Below are positions 45,701 through 53,012 of a DNA stretch of 64,000 nt, one piece after another. The translations under genes and the position numbers were made by a program. The DNA is from an uncultured Cytophagia bacterium. Lineage in GTDB: Bacteria; Zhuqueibacterota; Zhuqueibacteria; Thermofontimicrobiales; Thermofontimicrobiaceae. The stretch spans positions 34,753 to 98,752 of the forward strand of contig CAZSBG010000002.1 in NCBI GenBank assembly GCA_964605145.1. Direction: 5' to 3'. The notes beneath the pieces were generated by a model. The model had not been told where the DNA came from. It saw only the letters and a program-made list of their open reading frames with translations, and did no database searches. Within the stretch, counting starts at the first letter, position 1, and the number at the start of each line of letters is the position of its first letter.

Positions 45701-48206
45701 TTATAAACTTGGATTGGTTAACGAGCGAAGCGGAAATTTTGAAAAAGCGCTGGATTATTTTACGATTGCCTTAAACGCGTTTCGAAATCTTGGGGATAGC
45801 CTGAATGTTGCTCAATGTTACAAAGATCGGGGGCGCATTTATCTATTGAGACTGGATAATTATTCGAAAGCCATTGGCAACCAGGAGCTTGCGTTAAATA
45901 TTCTGAAAAGTGAGAACATGAACACCGGCACGATTGAAATTTTACAGAACCTTGGCTTCAGTCATGATCGCCTGGCAAATTATAAAACAGCGCTCAAATA
46001 TCAGCAGGAGGCTTTTAGGCTGGCGAAAGATTCAGGCGACAATAAATGGATCGCCCTTTCTGAGCATTATCTGTCGAATATTTACTGGAAAATAGGAAGT
46101 TTTCAACAGGCGCTGAACTATCAAAAATCTGCTTTGGAATATTTTAAGGAGTTGGGTGAAACAAAGCTTCAGGTGGCGAGTTTGTCCACTAAAGGACTTA
46201 TCCTGATGAGCCTTGGTAATTTAAATGGTGCAACAGAAGCAGAATTGAGCGCCCTTGAATTGGCGAAATCTATTGCTGATCAGCAGGACATGGCAACGAT
46301 TCATAAAAATCTTGGGTTGATCTATCGCTCTCAGGAGAAGTGGGATTCAGCAAAACAGCAATTTGAACAGGCAATTCAAATTGATGAATCAATCAGCTTC
46401 CGACGTGGATTAAGTTATGATTATCGCGATCTTGGTACCATCTATGTTCAACAGGGAAATTTCAAAGAGGCTTTGAATTATTTTCGGAAAGGATTGAATC
46501 TGAGCAAAAGCATTCAGGATGCACGGAACCAGGTTCAATGTTATTATGAAATTGCACGGGCTCATTTTTTGAGTGAAAATATCGACGCTGCCAAAGATAC
46601 GCTCACTCTGGCATCCTCATTGGCTGAAAAATTGTTTATTCCTGACGTTGAGTGGCGCGCCCGGCGTTTGATCGGAAGAGTTTTTGAAGAACAAAACCGT
46701 ATCGAGCAAAGTATTCAGTCCTACACACGGGCGCTGGAAATCATTGAGACCATGCGCTCGCAGATAAAAGTGGAGGAATTTAAATCCGGTTTCATCGATG
46801 ATAAGCTGGTGGTCTATCACGAGCTTGTAGATTTATATTTAAAAATGGACATGCCAGGCAAAGCTCTGGAAATTGTTGAACGTGCAAAATCGAGAAATTT
46901 TGTCGACCTTCTTGCAAACCGAGATATTAAATTCAGTGGTGATTTTGATGAAGCAAAATTCGCGCAGGGAAAAGCACTGGAAGAGGATATGCGACGCATT
47001 CAAAATGAAATTTCCAGACTGCTCATCAAAGGACAAAATATGACAGTCGCAGAAAAACAAATTTTAGATGATTTGGAAATTCAACTGGCAGGAATGAAAA
47101 CTGACTATGAAGAGTTTTTAATTGAGTTGAAATCTGAAAATCCTGAATTGGCAGAAATGATTCATGTAGAGCCACTTGGGTCAGATTCGCTTCAAAGCGT
47201 TCTGCCAGACAGCGTTCTGATTATAGAATACTTTTATACTGAAAATCAGATGTATATCTGGGCAATTTCAAAAAATCGACTGGTGGTGGAGAAACAATCC
47301 ATTAGCAATCAGCGGCTGGTCGAACGTGTGAACTATTTCAGAAGTGCAATGAAAAATCAACAGGCGGTTAATTCCATAGCCCGAGAGTTATACGATCTTC
47401 TTATTGCACCATTGGAAAATGAACTATCGAATCACAGGTATTGCGTTTTCGTTCCCCACGGGGTTCTGCATTATTTGCCATTTGCAGCATTGATGGATGA
47501 CAATAAACACTATTTGATTGAAAACTATGCGCTCTCACTGGTACCGAGTTCAATGGTCTTCTTGATTTGTCTGGAAAAAGGCCAGAATTTTATCGATGGA
47601 AAAAACTGGAGAACAAATATTCTTGCTTTTGGAAATCCCGATTTAAAAGATGCACGTTTTGAATTGCCTTTCGCGGAAAAAGAGGTGGAAAGCATTGAAT
47701 TGCTGTACCCTGACGTGACTTCATTCATTGGGCAAAATGCAACGGAAACCCGGTTCAATGAATTTTGTAATGAAGCGAATGCCATTCTTCTTTCCTGCCA
47801 TGGTGAATTCGACGCGGCAAATCCTTTGTTCTCGTCGCTGCTGTTATCTGCAGACGATGCGAACGATGGATTCTTGCAGGCGCATGAGATATTTGGCCTG
47901 GAAATGGATAGCTATCTCATTGCCATGAGTGCGTGTGAAACCGGTTTGGCTTCTATTTCGGTCGGCGATGAGGTGATCGGACTTTCTCGTAGCTTCATTT
48001 ACGCGGGCGCATCGTCGCTGCTATCCAGTCTCTGGAAGGTTGATGATTTAGCGACGGCTGTCATGGTCAAACGGTTTTTCAGGTATTTGAAACAAGGGCA
48101 TTCACGCGCGCTCGCTTTGCAACTGGCATTGAATTTTGTGCGGACTAAAATTAATAGTCATCCAGTATATTGGGCGGCTTTTAATTTAACAGGAGATTTC
48201 AGGTAA
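39720..48206 (+). CDS. Giant lipoprotein: TolB-like PD40 beta-propeller, YbgF/BamD-like and other TPRs, CHAT (Cys-less), TPRs, CHAT (intact)
   Basis: Lipobox LVTAC after the ATG at 39720. PD40 repeats (ISPNGQWLAFSSRRSGNMDIWV, WSPDGKKLVFVS, FSRDGKYIAFTSDRNGELNI). Long TPR arrays. Two CHAT modules, listed as separate features. Confidence 0.9.
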   Translation: MWLRNFLVCLIFLVTACTTKPEFNLSIQTEEEGALVQEQYFDFSQVYKQITTHPEIDAYPAISPNGQWLAFSSRRSGNMDIWVKSVTGGSAFQISKHRSDDIMPAWSPDGKKLVFVSYREDAAGDLWSISLRNKYKELVAKGSPEKITTYLGTDVSPSFSRDGKYIAFTSDRNGELNIHAVKLRTKEVFQITKNGGIHPDWSRDGKRIAYVSFAENHERNGQIFYAELETEADVLQVRKVVPVTTGASNDAFPAWSTDGSEIVVTRYDSDTNNDGIVNPDDRPNLWKIILEKSGLRLNEDEPGTAEPIEQSRQNNADETQQVYQEIQLLPALHYDYQPVTSRDGKIYFISRRSGNEDIWFVPGDGPIPRQKEGFLQYQFASSYFPLPETDLIFSRNHNLETKEQLETRLIAFQRLNDFFPEEVTWVGWSLYEIARAYTAMNRPKLAKIYYEEIITQFLDNRELSGLSEIKLFELEYNTEDSAVDRHIQRLQNISEKYADLEKIAAQSAFLQGEVFYLSGRKSRALQTFKEMIEAYPNQTDLCAQAQILIGDIYSAFGQRDEVANAYLQIVQNYPGATNWTDLALEKVLALQKYDNSYSKVPGYRNILTRYKNYDRLSARAHLKIGEEFYNQGDYDAAIDELLIVENTYPQQREDVARSKLLISKVYRAKGEELLAISVYKELIDDFSDVQSGYYVVQAKEELLDLYLQSGDRYRMVGDMRAAYSRYRGAIQILPGYIDAHRGLVATMYTMGEINRAVEFYEKLCIENPDNENMLYILGLCYSYQATTKSDRTENTADFDIGLMKKSNEVIEEALSKNYRIIQAYLTLSFNYEAIEKYERYKRLRQSGFLKSLIKTTLAPVKSVYYWITFQKEKTPQRWFEEAIDVLITAIALNDENINPGLEGELALNLASNYYNLKEFGFERAYYYYHVKMQYDSTFTNLRSEAEIYKRMGHCALVVEDFKRGPKYLKKAIELNDELDDEQNKLLNIKRLALLYQLAGETRGSDDFDESVEYEKSVDYFKMAAEMDEEAKRYNMLEVGYRSIAYNYQVLNDEDEAIRYAEKALDLIRQGKVERVKSKPNWIKIGIMGVEFPVWNLGQIGTGASTAAEGFTTEEEVALLYSIIGNAKITKRSISGGISFLDKKLKIFQERKDKLAQAITLNNIGYLAYLDFDYRRAWENFKQSLTLCKQKKNTPGALVNIHNLGRLGVLISNLHTLPTQVKSDSVIQKLIERTPDYQAASLKYVHEGLKLIENETVGYTQEKIQLYNILGNIHFFESRVYKDSLLEDQYFTYRKQVEQLEGYAVADSCYRKALDLAVQDNSGRFQMTVRNNLGNLAITVGDINSGIEQFLSAREIAIEQNLSAYLWRIDFILGQILSVFGSNSTLIPVTNDASFYYNEAITTLERDAHQFHKIRLSPFYLSRVRKLYEHTINYEIESGRIISGLRLSEQFHGKQFLDIIGSHNLQLKKERHKIYLGNAKFLVEEIAALDKKIKLAEDRDEKSDPKYSQWIEKKRRYEKEYQELLVDLKNEDPELESFIHVEPVTFKHIQNILDNNSLVVDYFLSENKLHIWLIHSDSVSYTGIDVAKKDVQNYITMFTDGLHTQSHQMNGSAELYKLLVSPISNSVESSQNIIIVADGILRMIPFSYLINFSSENLSDLKYVTTVSGLANYYFSYDKRKIRGSKLFIASDKINETHEIPGYGNILFRSSASNNNIKKQFIDQVKGSDLVHFDAHLTRVDIDPLMADVGLEKQGLQFSFNLRDFYSLDLVASLIAIDDYEELGDLSSMSLERALMYAGAPTIIKSLWKTDDTKFWNCFYDALLDYPVAQALTKAQIKMRDQGAPPISWAGYQVVGYQGMTDEQERQFARESFMLTVNDASDDFQKESWGDAVKKFEKALKMAKKERNQEAINDLYDVIIQSAARGGDYEKAIQYQLELVEKAQANQAVQKLIEGYNNLFVFHTNSGNYEQAIYFQRKYLELAKQYDAHEEIAGSYYKLGLVNERSGNFEKALDYFTIALNAFRNLGDSLNVAQCYKDRGRIYLLRLDNYSKAIGNQELALNILKSENMNTGTIEILQNLGFSHDRLANYKTALKYQQEAFRLAKDSGDNKWIALSEHYLSNIYWKIGSFQQALNYQKSALEYFKELGETKLQVASLSTKGLILMSLGNLNGATEAELSALELAKSIADQQDMATIHKNLGLIYRSQEKWDSAKQQFEQAIQIDESISFRRGLSYDYRDLGTIYVQQGNFKEALNYFRKGLNLSKSIQDARNQVQCYYEIARAHFLSENIDAAKDTLTLASSLAEKLFIPDVEWRARRLIGRVFEEQNRIEQSIQSYTRALEIIETMRSQIKVEEFKSGFIDDKLVVYHELVDLYLKMDMPGKALEIVERAKSRNFVDLLANRDIKFSGDFDEAKFAQGKALEEDMRRIQNEISRLLIKGQNMTVAEKQILDDLEIQLAGMKTDYEEFLIELKSENPELAEMIHVEPLGSDSLQSVLPDSVLIIEYFYTENQMYIWAISKNRLVVEKQSISNQRLVERVNYFRSAMKNQQAVNSIARELYDLLIAPLENELSNHRYCVFVPHGVLHYLPFAALMDDNKHYLIENYALSLVPSSMVFLICLEKGQNFIDGKNWRTNILAFGNPDLKDARFELPFAEKEVESIELLYPDVTSFIGQNATETRFNEFCNEANAILLSCHGEFDAANPLFSSLLLSADDANDGFLQAHEIFGLEMDSYLIAMSACETGLASISVGDEVIGLSRSFIYAGASSLLSSLWKVDDLATAVMVKRFFRYLKQGHSRALALQLALNFVRTKINSHPVYWAAFNLTGDFR
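44556..45292 (+). other. CHAT module 1 of the giant protein, predicted catalytically dead (approximate bounds)
   Basis: IIIVADGILRMIPFSYL. His retained (LVHFDAHL, 44919-44921). The position of the catalytic Cys reads LIAIDDYEEL, with Tyr codon TAT at 45051-45053. Followed by MYAGAPTIIKSLWKTDD. Confidence 0.7.
47387..48203 (+). other. CHAT module 2 of the giant protein, with intact His/Cys dyad (approximate bounds)
   Basis: CVFVPHGVLHYLPFAAL. LLSCHGEF (His 47799-47801). LIAMSACETG (Cys 47934-47936). IYAGASSLLSSLWKVDD. YWAAFNLTGD. Confidence 0.85.
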
Positions 48207-48486
48207 ATTAATTTCATAATATTTTCCTTGACTAATATTAAATTATTATTATATTATATGCCATGAGAGTTTATTGATTTATGTGTAATGTGAAGAAATG
48301 GCATATAGATCGAAAAACCGAATTTCATAATAAAGAGTTCTGCAGAATAATGAATAGAGGCATTTTCATTGATCAGATAAATGCGATCTGTTCAAATTTT
48401 TGTTCAAAAAATGAGTAGCATCATAAATCATTTTTTTATTTTGCAGAAATCTAAACACTAAAAATGAAATAAGGAGGTGAATTGGA

Positions 48487-48675
48487 ATGAGGAAATTATG
48501 GTTTGTCGTTGCATTGATTCTTTTGGTAACCATACCTTTGATGGTGATGAATGGGTGCTCAAAGAAACAGGAAGCTGAGACAGAAACGCAACAAGAAGAA
48601 ATGCAAGAAGCGCCAGCTGATACGACTGCACCGGACACAACAACGGCACCTCCTCCACCAGCGCCGGAATCGTAA
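48487..48675 (+). CDS. Small lipoprotein with an acidic, Pro/Thr-rich tail (62 aa)
   Basis: Strong RBS AAGGAGGTGA. Signal peptide plus lipobox (VMNGC). Low-complexity tail QEAETETQQEEMQEAPADTTAPDTTTAPPPPAPES. Confidence 0.65.
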   Translation: MRKLWFVVALILLVTIPLMVMNGCSKKQEAETETQQEEMQEAPADTTAPDTTTAPPPPAPES

Positions 48676-48729
48676 ACTTCTGGTCTTTCCATTGCATGAG
48701 GGAGGTATATTCAATTTTTTTGTAAAAAT

Positions 48730-48760
48730 CATAAAGGAGAGAGACAATCTCTCCTTTATG
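48730..48760 (+). terminator. 13-bp perfect hairpin downstream of the small lipoprotein gene
   Basis: CATAAAGGAGAGA-GACAA-TCTCTCCTTTATG. The following T-tract is weak (GTTATTA), so terminator function is uncertain. Confidence 0.4.
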
Positions 48761-49046
48761 TTATTACCCAGCAACTTTTGCAATTTTTGCAAAAGAATTC
48801 TATATGAAATGGTCATCTATTATTATTTGTGGCTTCGCTCCGCTGGGATTTTAGAATAATCTTGAATATGCTTTCTGCAATCCTTTCAAAAATCATCGGC
48901 ACCTACCAATACTTTGCTGATGCCCCTAACTTATTTTCCACACGAGTATAACCCATATTATCCATTTTCAGTATTGATTTTTCTCCCAAAATTAGTAAAC
49001 ATTTCACGGCCTTTGGACGATAATAAGATTACAATTCCATGATTTA

Positions 49047-50801
49047 TTGAATGTAGATTACTGCGCATCAGTTATGCAAGACTATTCAAATTTATTGCTT
49101 TCTTCCATTGAAAAAAATGAGGTAAGAAAAATAATAAAAACCGGAGGTGTTGTAGACGACTTCAGAGTTTTAATCCAGGAAATATGTGCTGGCATGGAAT
49201 TAGGCGATACAGGAATTAAAATTGTGGTGTTAAAAAAAAGTCATTTGGGAATTGAGCTTTTGAAATGGGGAATTTATGAATATCCATTTCAACTTAATCA
49301 CTCAAGTTTGGGACAAAGCGCAGGCGCTCTTGACACACTCATTTCAAAGCTGAACATCCGCGGCGCGAAGACTGCTCTATCAATGAATAATGGTGTGCAT
49401 CTACAGTACATTGCTATGCCCATTATTTCGGATGAAGGATTCGTCGCCAGAGTTCGAGAATATCTTGGGCCAAATTACGTGGGAAATGAACACAGCGATA
49501 TCTATTTTTCGAGGCCGTACGGAATAATCCGGGATCGCGCCGGGGCGATTGTGAAACATGGAATCGCGGCTATTGCAGATGAATCGTATTTTAATGAGAC
49601 GATTCAATTGATGAAAAATCAATCTGTTGACTTGCGTCGCATGGAATCTTCCTGCATGGCATTGATGGATTTGTTTGATATTCCCACGGCTTTTACAGAA
49701 CCGTATTGTTTGATTGATCTGGGCTCATTATCTGTGCGGATTAGTATTGTTCAAAATAGAAGAATTATCTTTCACAGAACGGTATATTCAATTGATAAAT
49801 ACCTGACGAAGGAGCTATCAGAGATATATCAAATTCGGCAGGAATTGGCGGAGAGAATTAAAAAGAAAATGCTCTTTTCAGGGGGGGATAGCGATGAACA
49901 AAAATTAGTTGAAGAACGAATATTTGAAATGACAGAGCCCATTTTGTGCATTTTGGTGGATGAAATAAAATCGACATTTCGGATATACAAACATGAATCA
50001 GGTAAAAATGTAAATAAAATAGTATTGACCGGGGGTGGTGCACTTATTTCAGGAATTGATAAATTCCTGCAACTCAAACTAAATATCGATGTTGAAATTG
50101 GCAAAATTCGCCATAAAATCAACTTGCATGAATCTGTCGATGAAAAGGAGTTCCGATTGTATGCAAGTCGATTAACTTCTGCAATCGGTGCGGCAAGGAA
50201 TGAATTAATTAACAATGACGAACACAGTATAAATTTATTTGGTGACCGGATGAAGTCGAATAGAAATGTACAAAACAGAGTGAAAGTGTGGGTCATATTG
50301 TTCGTGATCCTATTCACGGGTTTATTCATAAGAAATGATTTGAACATGAGAAGCATAGAATATCAAAAAAATATTCAAACATGTGAAAAAATATTGAGAG
50401 ATTTGGAGAAAAGAATAAACCATTTATCAGACGCGCAGACTCAGTTGAAGACTGCCTCACATGAAACACGAGATTTAGACAGGATGAAAACCAGCCAAAT
50501 TCTCAGGAAGCTCGGCAACAACCTGCCGCCATCGCTGTGGCTCGAGAGAATGAAAATTGAGAATGAGCCGAATCAGTCAGTCGATGCATTGGTCAAAGTG
50601 AATGTCCGTTCGCGTGAGAAGAGTGCATTTAGGAGGGTTTTTCAATTTGAAGGACGGTCCATCAATAAAGCCGCAATCAGGGATTTTTTGAATCAAATAG
50701 AACAAATGTCTCAGTGGAATAAAGTTACTTTGAAAAAAATTGACTGGGTCGGTTCGAGCGATGATGGCATTTGGGAATTTACAATTCATGTTGTCCAGTA
50801 A
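49047..50801 (+). CDS. pilM: PilM-like actin-fold ATPase fused to a PilN-like TM/coiled-coil domain (GspL-like architecture)
   Basis: PilM-like core (LIDLGSLSVRISIV, IVLTGGGALISGIDKFL). Then INLFGDR, TM helix VWVILFVILFTGLFI and a helical periplasmic part, as in PilN. Start uncertain (TTG 49047, ATG 49074 or ATG 49194). Confidence 0.7.
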   Translation: MNVDYCASVMQDYSNLLLSSIEKNEVRKIIKTGGVVDDFRVLIQEICAGMELGDTGIKIVVLKKSHLGIELLKWGIYEYPFQLNHSSLGQSAGALDTLISKLNIRGAKTALSMNNGVHLQYIAMPIISDEGFVARVREYLGPNYVGNEHSDIYFSRPYGIIRDRAGAIVKHGIAAIADESYFNETIQLMKNQSVDLRRMESSCMALMDLFDIPTAFTEPYCLIDLGSLSVRISIVQNRRIIFHRTVYSIDKYLTKELSEIYQIRQELAERIKKKMLFSGGDSDEQKLVEERIFEMTEPILCILVDEIKSTFRIYKHESGKNVNKIVLTGGGALISGIDKFLQLKLNIDVEIGKIRHKINLHESVDEKEFRLYASRLTSAIGAARNELINNDEHSINLFGDRMKSNRNVQNRVKVWVILFVILFTGLFIRNDLNMRSIEYQKNIQTCEKILRDLEKRINHLSDAQTQLKTASHETRDLDRMKTSQILRKLGNNLPPSLWLERMKIENEPNQSVDALVKVNVRSREKSAFRRVFQFEGRSINKAAIRDFLNQIEQMSQWNKVTLKKIDWVGSSDDGIWEFTIHVVQ

Positions 50802-50868
50802 TGGTGATCATTTAGTATTTTAAAATTGACATAAAAAAGTGAGTAAAATTGTCGACAGGTGAAATAAG

Positions 50869-51369
50869 ATGAATAAGAATAAGGTGGTATTCGGCGCTTT
50901 AGGTTTTTTGGTTTTGGCGATCGCTGCGTGGAGCATAATTCCTCCCGTATTGAAAATGCAAGACCAGAAACAAGCGGTGCTAAAATTAGAAGAAAAATTA
51001 ACCGAAAAATTTCAGGAGCTTAAGGCATTGGAACAGGTAAAAGTGAAGGTTGACAAGACCGTTGAACTCAAAGAAAAAGTGAAAAACGATTTGGATTTTC
51101 TGGAAAAAATATTAAAATCAAAAGAGAGTTTCCCTGAAATAAAATTCGAAACCGTTGAAGTCTTGAATAATTCAAACATGACTGAATTGAAAGAGGAAAG
51201 CTATCCCATTAAAATACGAATGAAAGCCCAATTTAGCAAAATTGGTGATTACCTTGTATATTTGGAAAGCTGTTTTTCATCAATTCAAATAGATAAACTG
51301 GATGTATTTCCTGTGGCTGATGACAAGAATCTAATTTGTGCAAATTTGCTGGGTGTTATTTCTCTGTAA
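50869..51369 (+). CDS. PilO-like protein (N-terminal TM, coiled coil, small C-terminal domain)
   Basis: 166 aa. The architecture and its position after PilM/N are the only evidence. Confidence 0.5.
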   Translation: MNKNKVVFGALGFLVLAIAAWSIIPPVLKMQDQKQAVLKLEEKLTEKFQELKALEQVKVKVDKTVELKEKVKNDLDFLEKILKSKESFPEIKFETVEVLNNSNMTELKEESYPIKIRMKAQFSKIGDYLVYLESCFSSIQIDKLDVFPVADDKNLICANLLGVISL

Positions 51370-51418
51370 AATTTCAGCGCTTTTTGAATGAAAAACTGGA
51401 TGTTTGGTGAGGTGAGAA

Positions 51419-51898
51419 ATGAATATACGAAATAAACAATTGAATCTATTTCCGATTCGAATATGCTGGATTCTTTTTTCCATACTTTTTGTGATGAATA
51501 ATGCTGTATGTCTTGCACAAGTATTGTCAAACATTGATTCTTCGGGCTATGAAATATCCGATACAAAAAATGATTCAGATGTGGTTTTGTCCAACCTGGT
51601 TTTTGATCTGAAGGATATTTTAGCAGATGAATACTGGGGACGCAATCCTTTTTTGCCCTATGCAAATTTACGAGGGGGAGAACGGATCGAATTGAATTCA
51701 GTTCAGGCGGATAAAAATGATCGTGTTTTTTTTCTCGAGCAAATATATTGGATACGGAATGGTAAGCGGGCAATTATAAATAAACAAAAATTAATGTCAG
51801 GCGATACGATTAAAGGATATCGTATCAATTACATTGGTGAAAAAGTTGTGATTTTAAAATCAAAGAATGACTACGTTGTGCTTTCTCTGAATGAATGA
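51419..51898 (+). CDS. PilP-like protein
   Basis: 159 aa. Signal/anchor sequence, RNPFLPY motif, and a C-terminal beta-domain pattern (RAIINKQKLMSGDTIKGYRINYIGEKVVIL) as in PilP. Confidence 0.5.
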   Translation: MNIRNKQLNLFPIRICWILFSILFVMNNAVCLAQVLSNIDSSGYEISDTKNDSDVVLSNLVFDLKDILADEYWGRNPFLPYANLRGGERIELNSVQADKNDRVFFLEQIYWIRNGKRAIINKQKLMSGDTIKGYRINYIGEKVVILKSKNDYVVLSLNE

Positions 51899-53000
51899 CA
51901 GATATATGGACAATCTTATGGAATTAAACGATAACAATAATCAGGAACCGACGCGGAATAACTTCAATTTCGAAGAACAGTTCGAAGATTTGTGCCGAAT
52001 TTATGAGATTGGGTGTAATCTCATCGACAAGGTGAATAATAAACAGGAATTGATGGATGCAATACTTGATGAATATATTTTTCGGTTCGATGAAATGCCC
52101 GGTACGGATATCAATAAAATCGCCCGGGACAACGGGGACTCTGAAATTCGAAATAAATTGAAATCGCTTGTTATGTTTGCGACACAGGCGGTCGCGCTGA
52201 GAGAAAAAGCAATTTTATACAAAGAACTGGAGTTGAAAAATCAGCAATTAATCCGCACGAATGAACAGCTATTGGAAAGAAATGAACAACTGATTCACCT
52301 GAATGAGCATTACCTGAATATGTTGTCTTTTGTGTCGCATGAATTGAGGAGTCCGTTGATTTCAATTCTGGGGTACGCTGAATTGATGAATGACAGATTG
52401 CTGGGCGAAATCAATAAAGATCAAAATGATGCGCTTCAGGTAATTCGGCGGGTGGTGAAAAATTTGATCAACATGACTAAAAACTATCTGGATTTATCCA
52501 AAATGGAGGTTGGAAAGTTAAAATTGCGGCGTGAAGTCTGTAATTTAAAAACAGGGATAATTGAGCCTGTTCTTGTGGAGATGAAAGAACAGTTTACCCA
52601 GAAGGAAATGAAAATTGTATGTCAAATGAAAGTAAAACAAGAGAATTATCCGCTCAACGTTGATCGTGAAATGATGAAGGTTGTCTTCACGAATATTTTT
52701 AGTAATGCGATTCGATATGGCAAAAGAGGAAGTGAAATTTTGTATTCCATAAATGGCGATGATAAATTTCATAAAATAGAAATATTTAATTACGGACCGG
52801 GTGTTTCGCATGACAAGCTGGACAGGCTATTCGATAAATTTTCGAGATTCAGCGAATCGTTTGATGCTGAAACCGAACGTGGTACCGGACTGGGATTATA
52901 CATTTCAAAGAATATCATTGAAATGCATCATGGCGAGGTTTGGGCAGAATCACAAAAAGGCGAGTGGTTCAAGGTTTTCATCCAGATTCCGAAAAATTAG
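51891..53000 (+). CDS. Cytoplasmic sensor histidine kinase (HisKA + HATPase_c)
   Basis: H-box FVSHELRSPL. N-box NAIRYG. G-box GTGLGLYISKNIIEMHHG. No TM segment. The start ATGAATGA overlaps the stop of the PilP-like gene. Confidence 0.9.
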   Translation: MNDRYMDNLMELNDNNNQEPTRNNFNFEEQFEDLCRIYEIGCNLIDKVNNKQELMDAILDEYIFRFDEMPGTDINKIARDNGDSEIRNKLKSLVMFATQAVALREKAILYKELELKNQQLIRTNEQLLERNEQLIHLNEHYLNMLSFVSHELRSPLISILGYAELMNDRLLGEINKDQNDALQVIRRVVKNLINMTKNYLDLSKMEVGKLKLRREVCNLKTGIIEPVLVEMKEQFTQKEMKIVCQMKVKQENYPLNVDREMMKVVFTNIFSNAIRYGKRGSEILYSINGDDKFHKIEIFNYGPGVSHDKLDRLFDKFSRFSESFDAETERGTGLGLYISKNIIEMHHGEVWAESQKGEWFKVFIQIPKN

Positions 53001-53012
53001 GGGAAATCAAAC

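Noticed and set aside
48229-48307. TTGACT-N16/17-TATATT sigma-70-like promoter, and a 10-bp inverted repeat TATATGCCAT / ATGGCATATA (48255-48264 / 48298-48307), upstream of the small lipoprotein gene
   Set aside because: Such hexamers are frequent in DNA this AT-rich. FCB-lineage housekeeping promoters may not follow the -35/-10 consensus. The inverted repeat is real, but its function is unsupported without conservation data.
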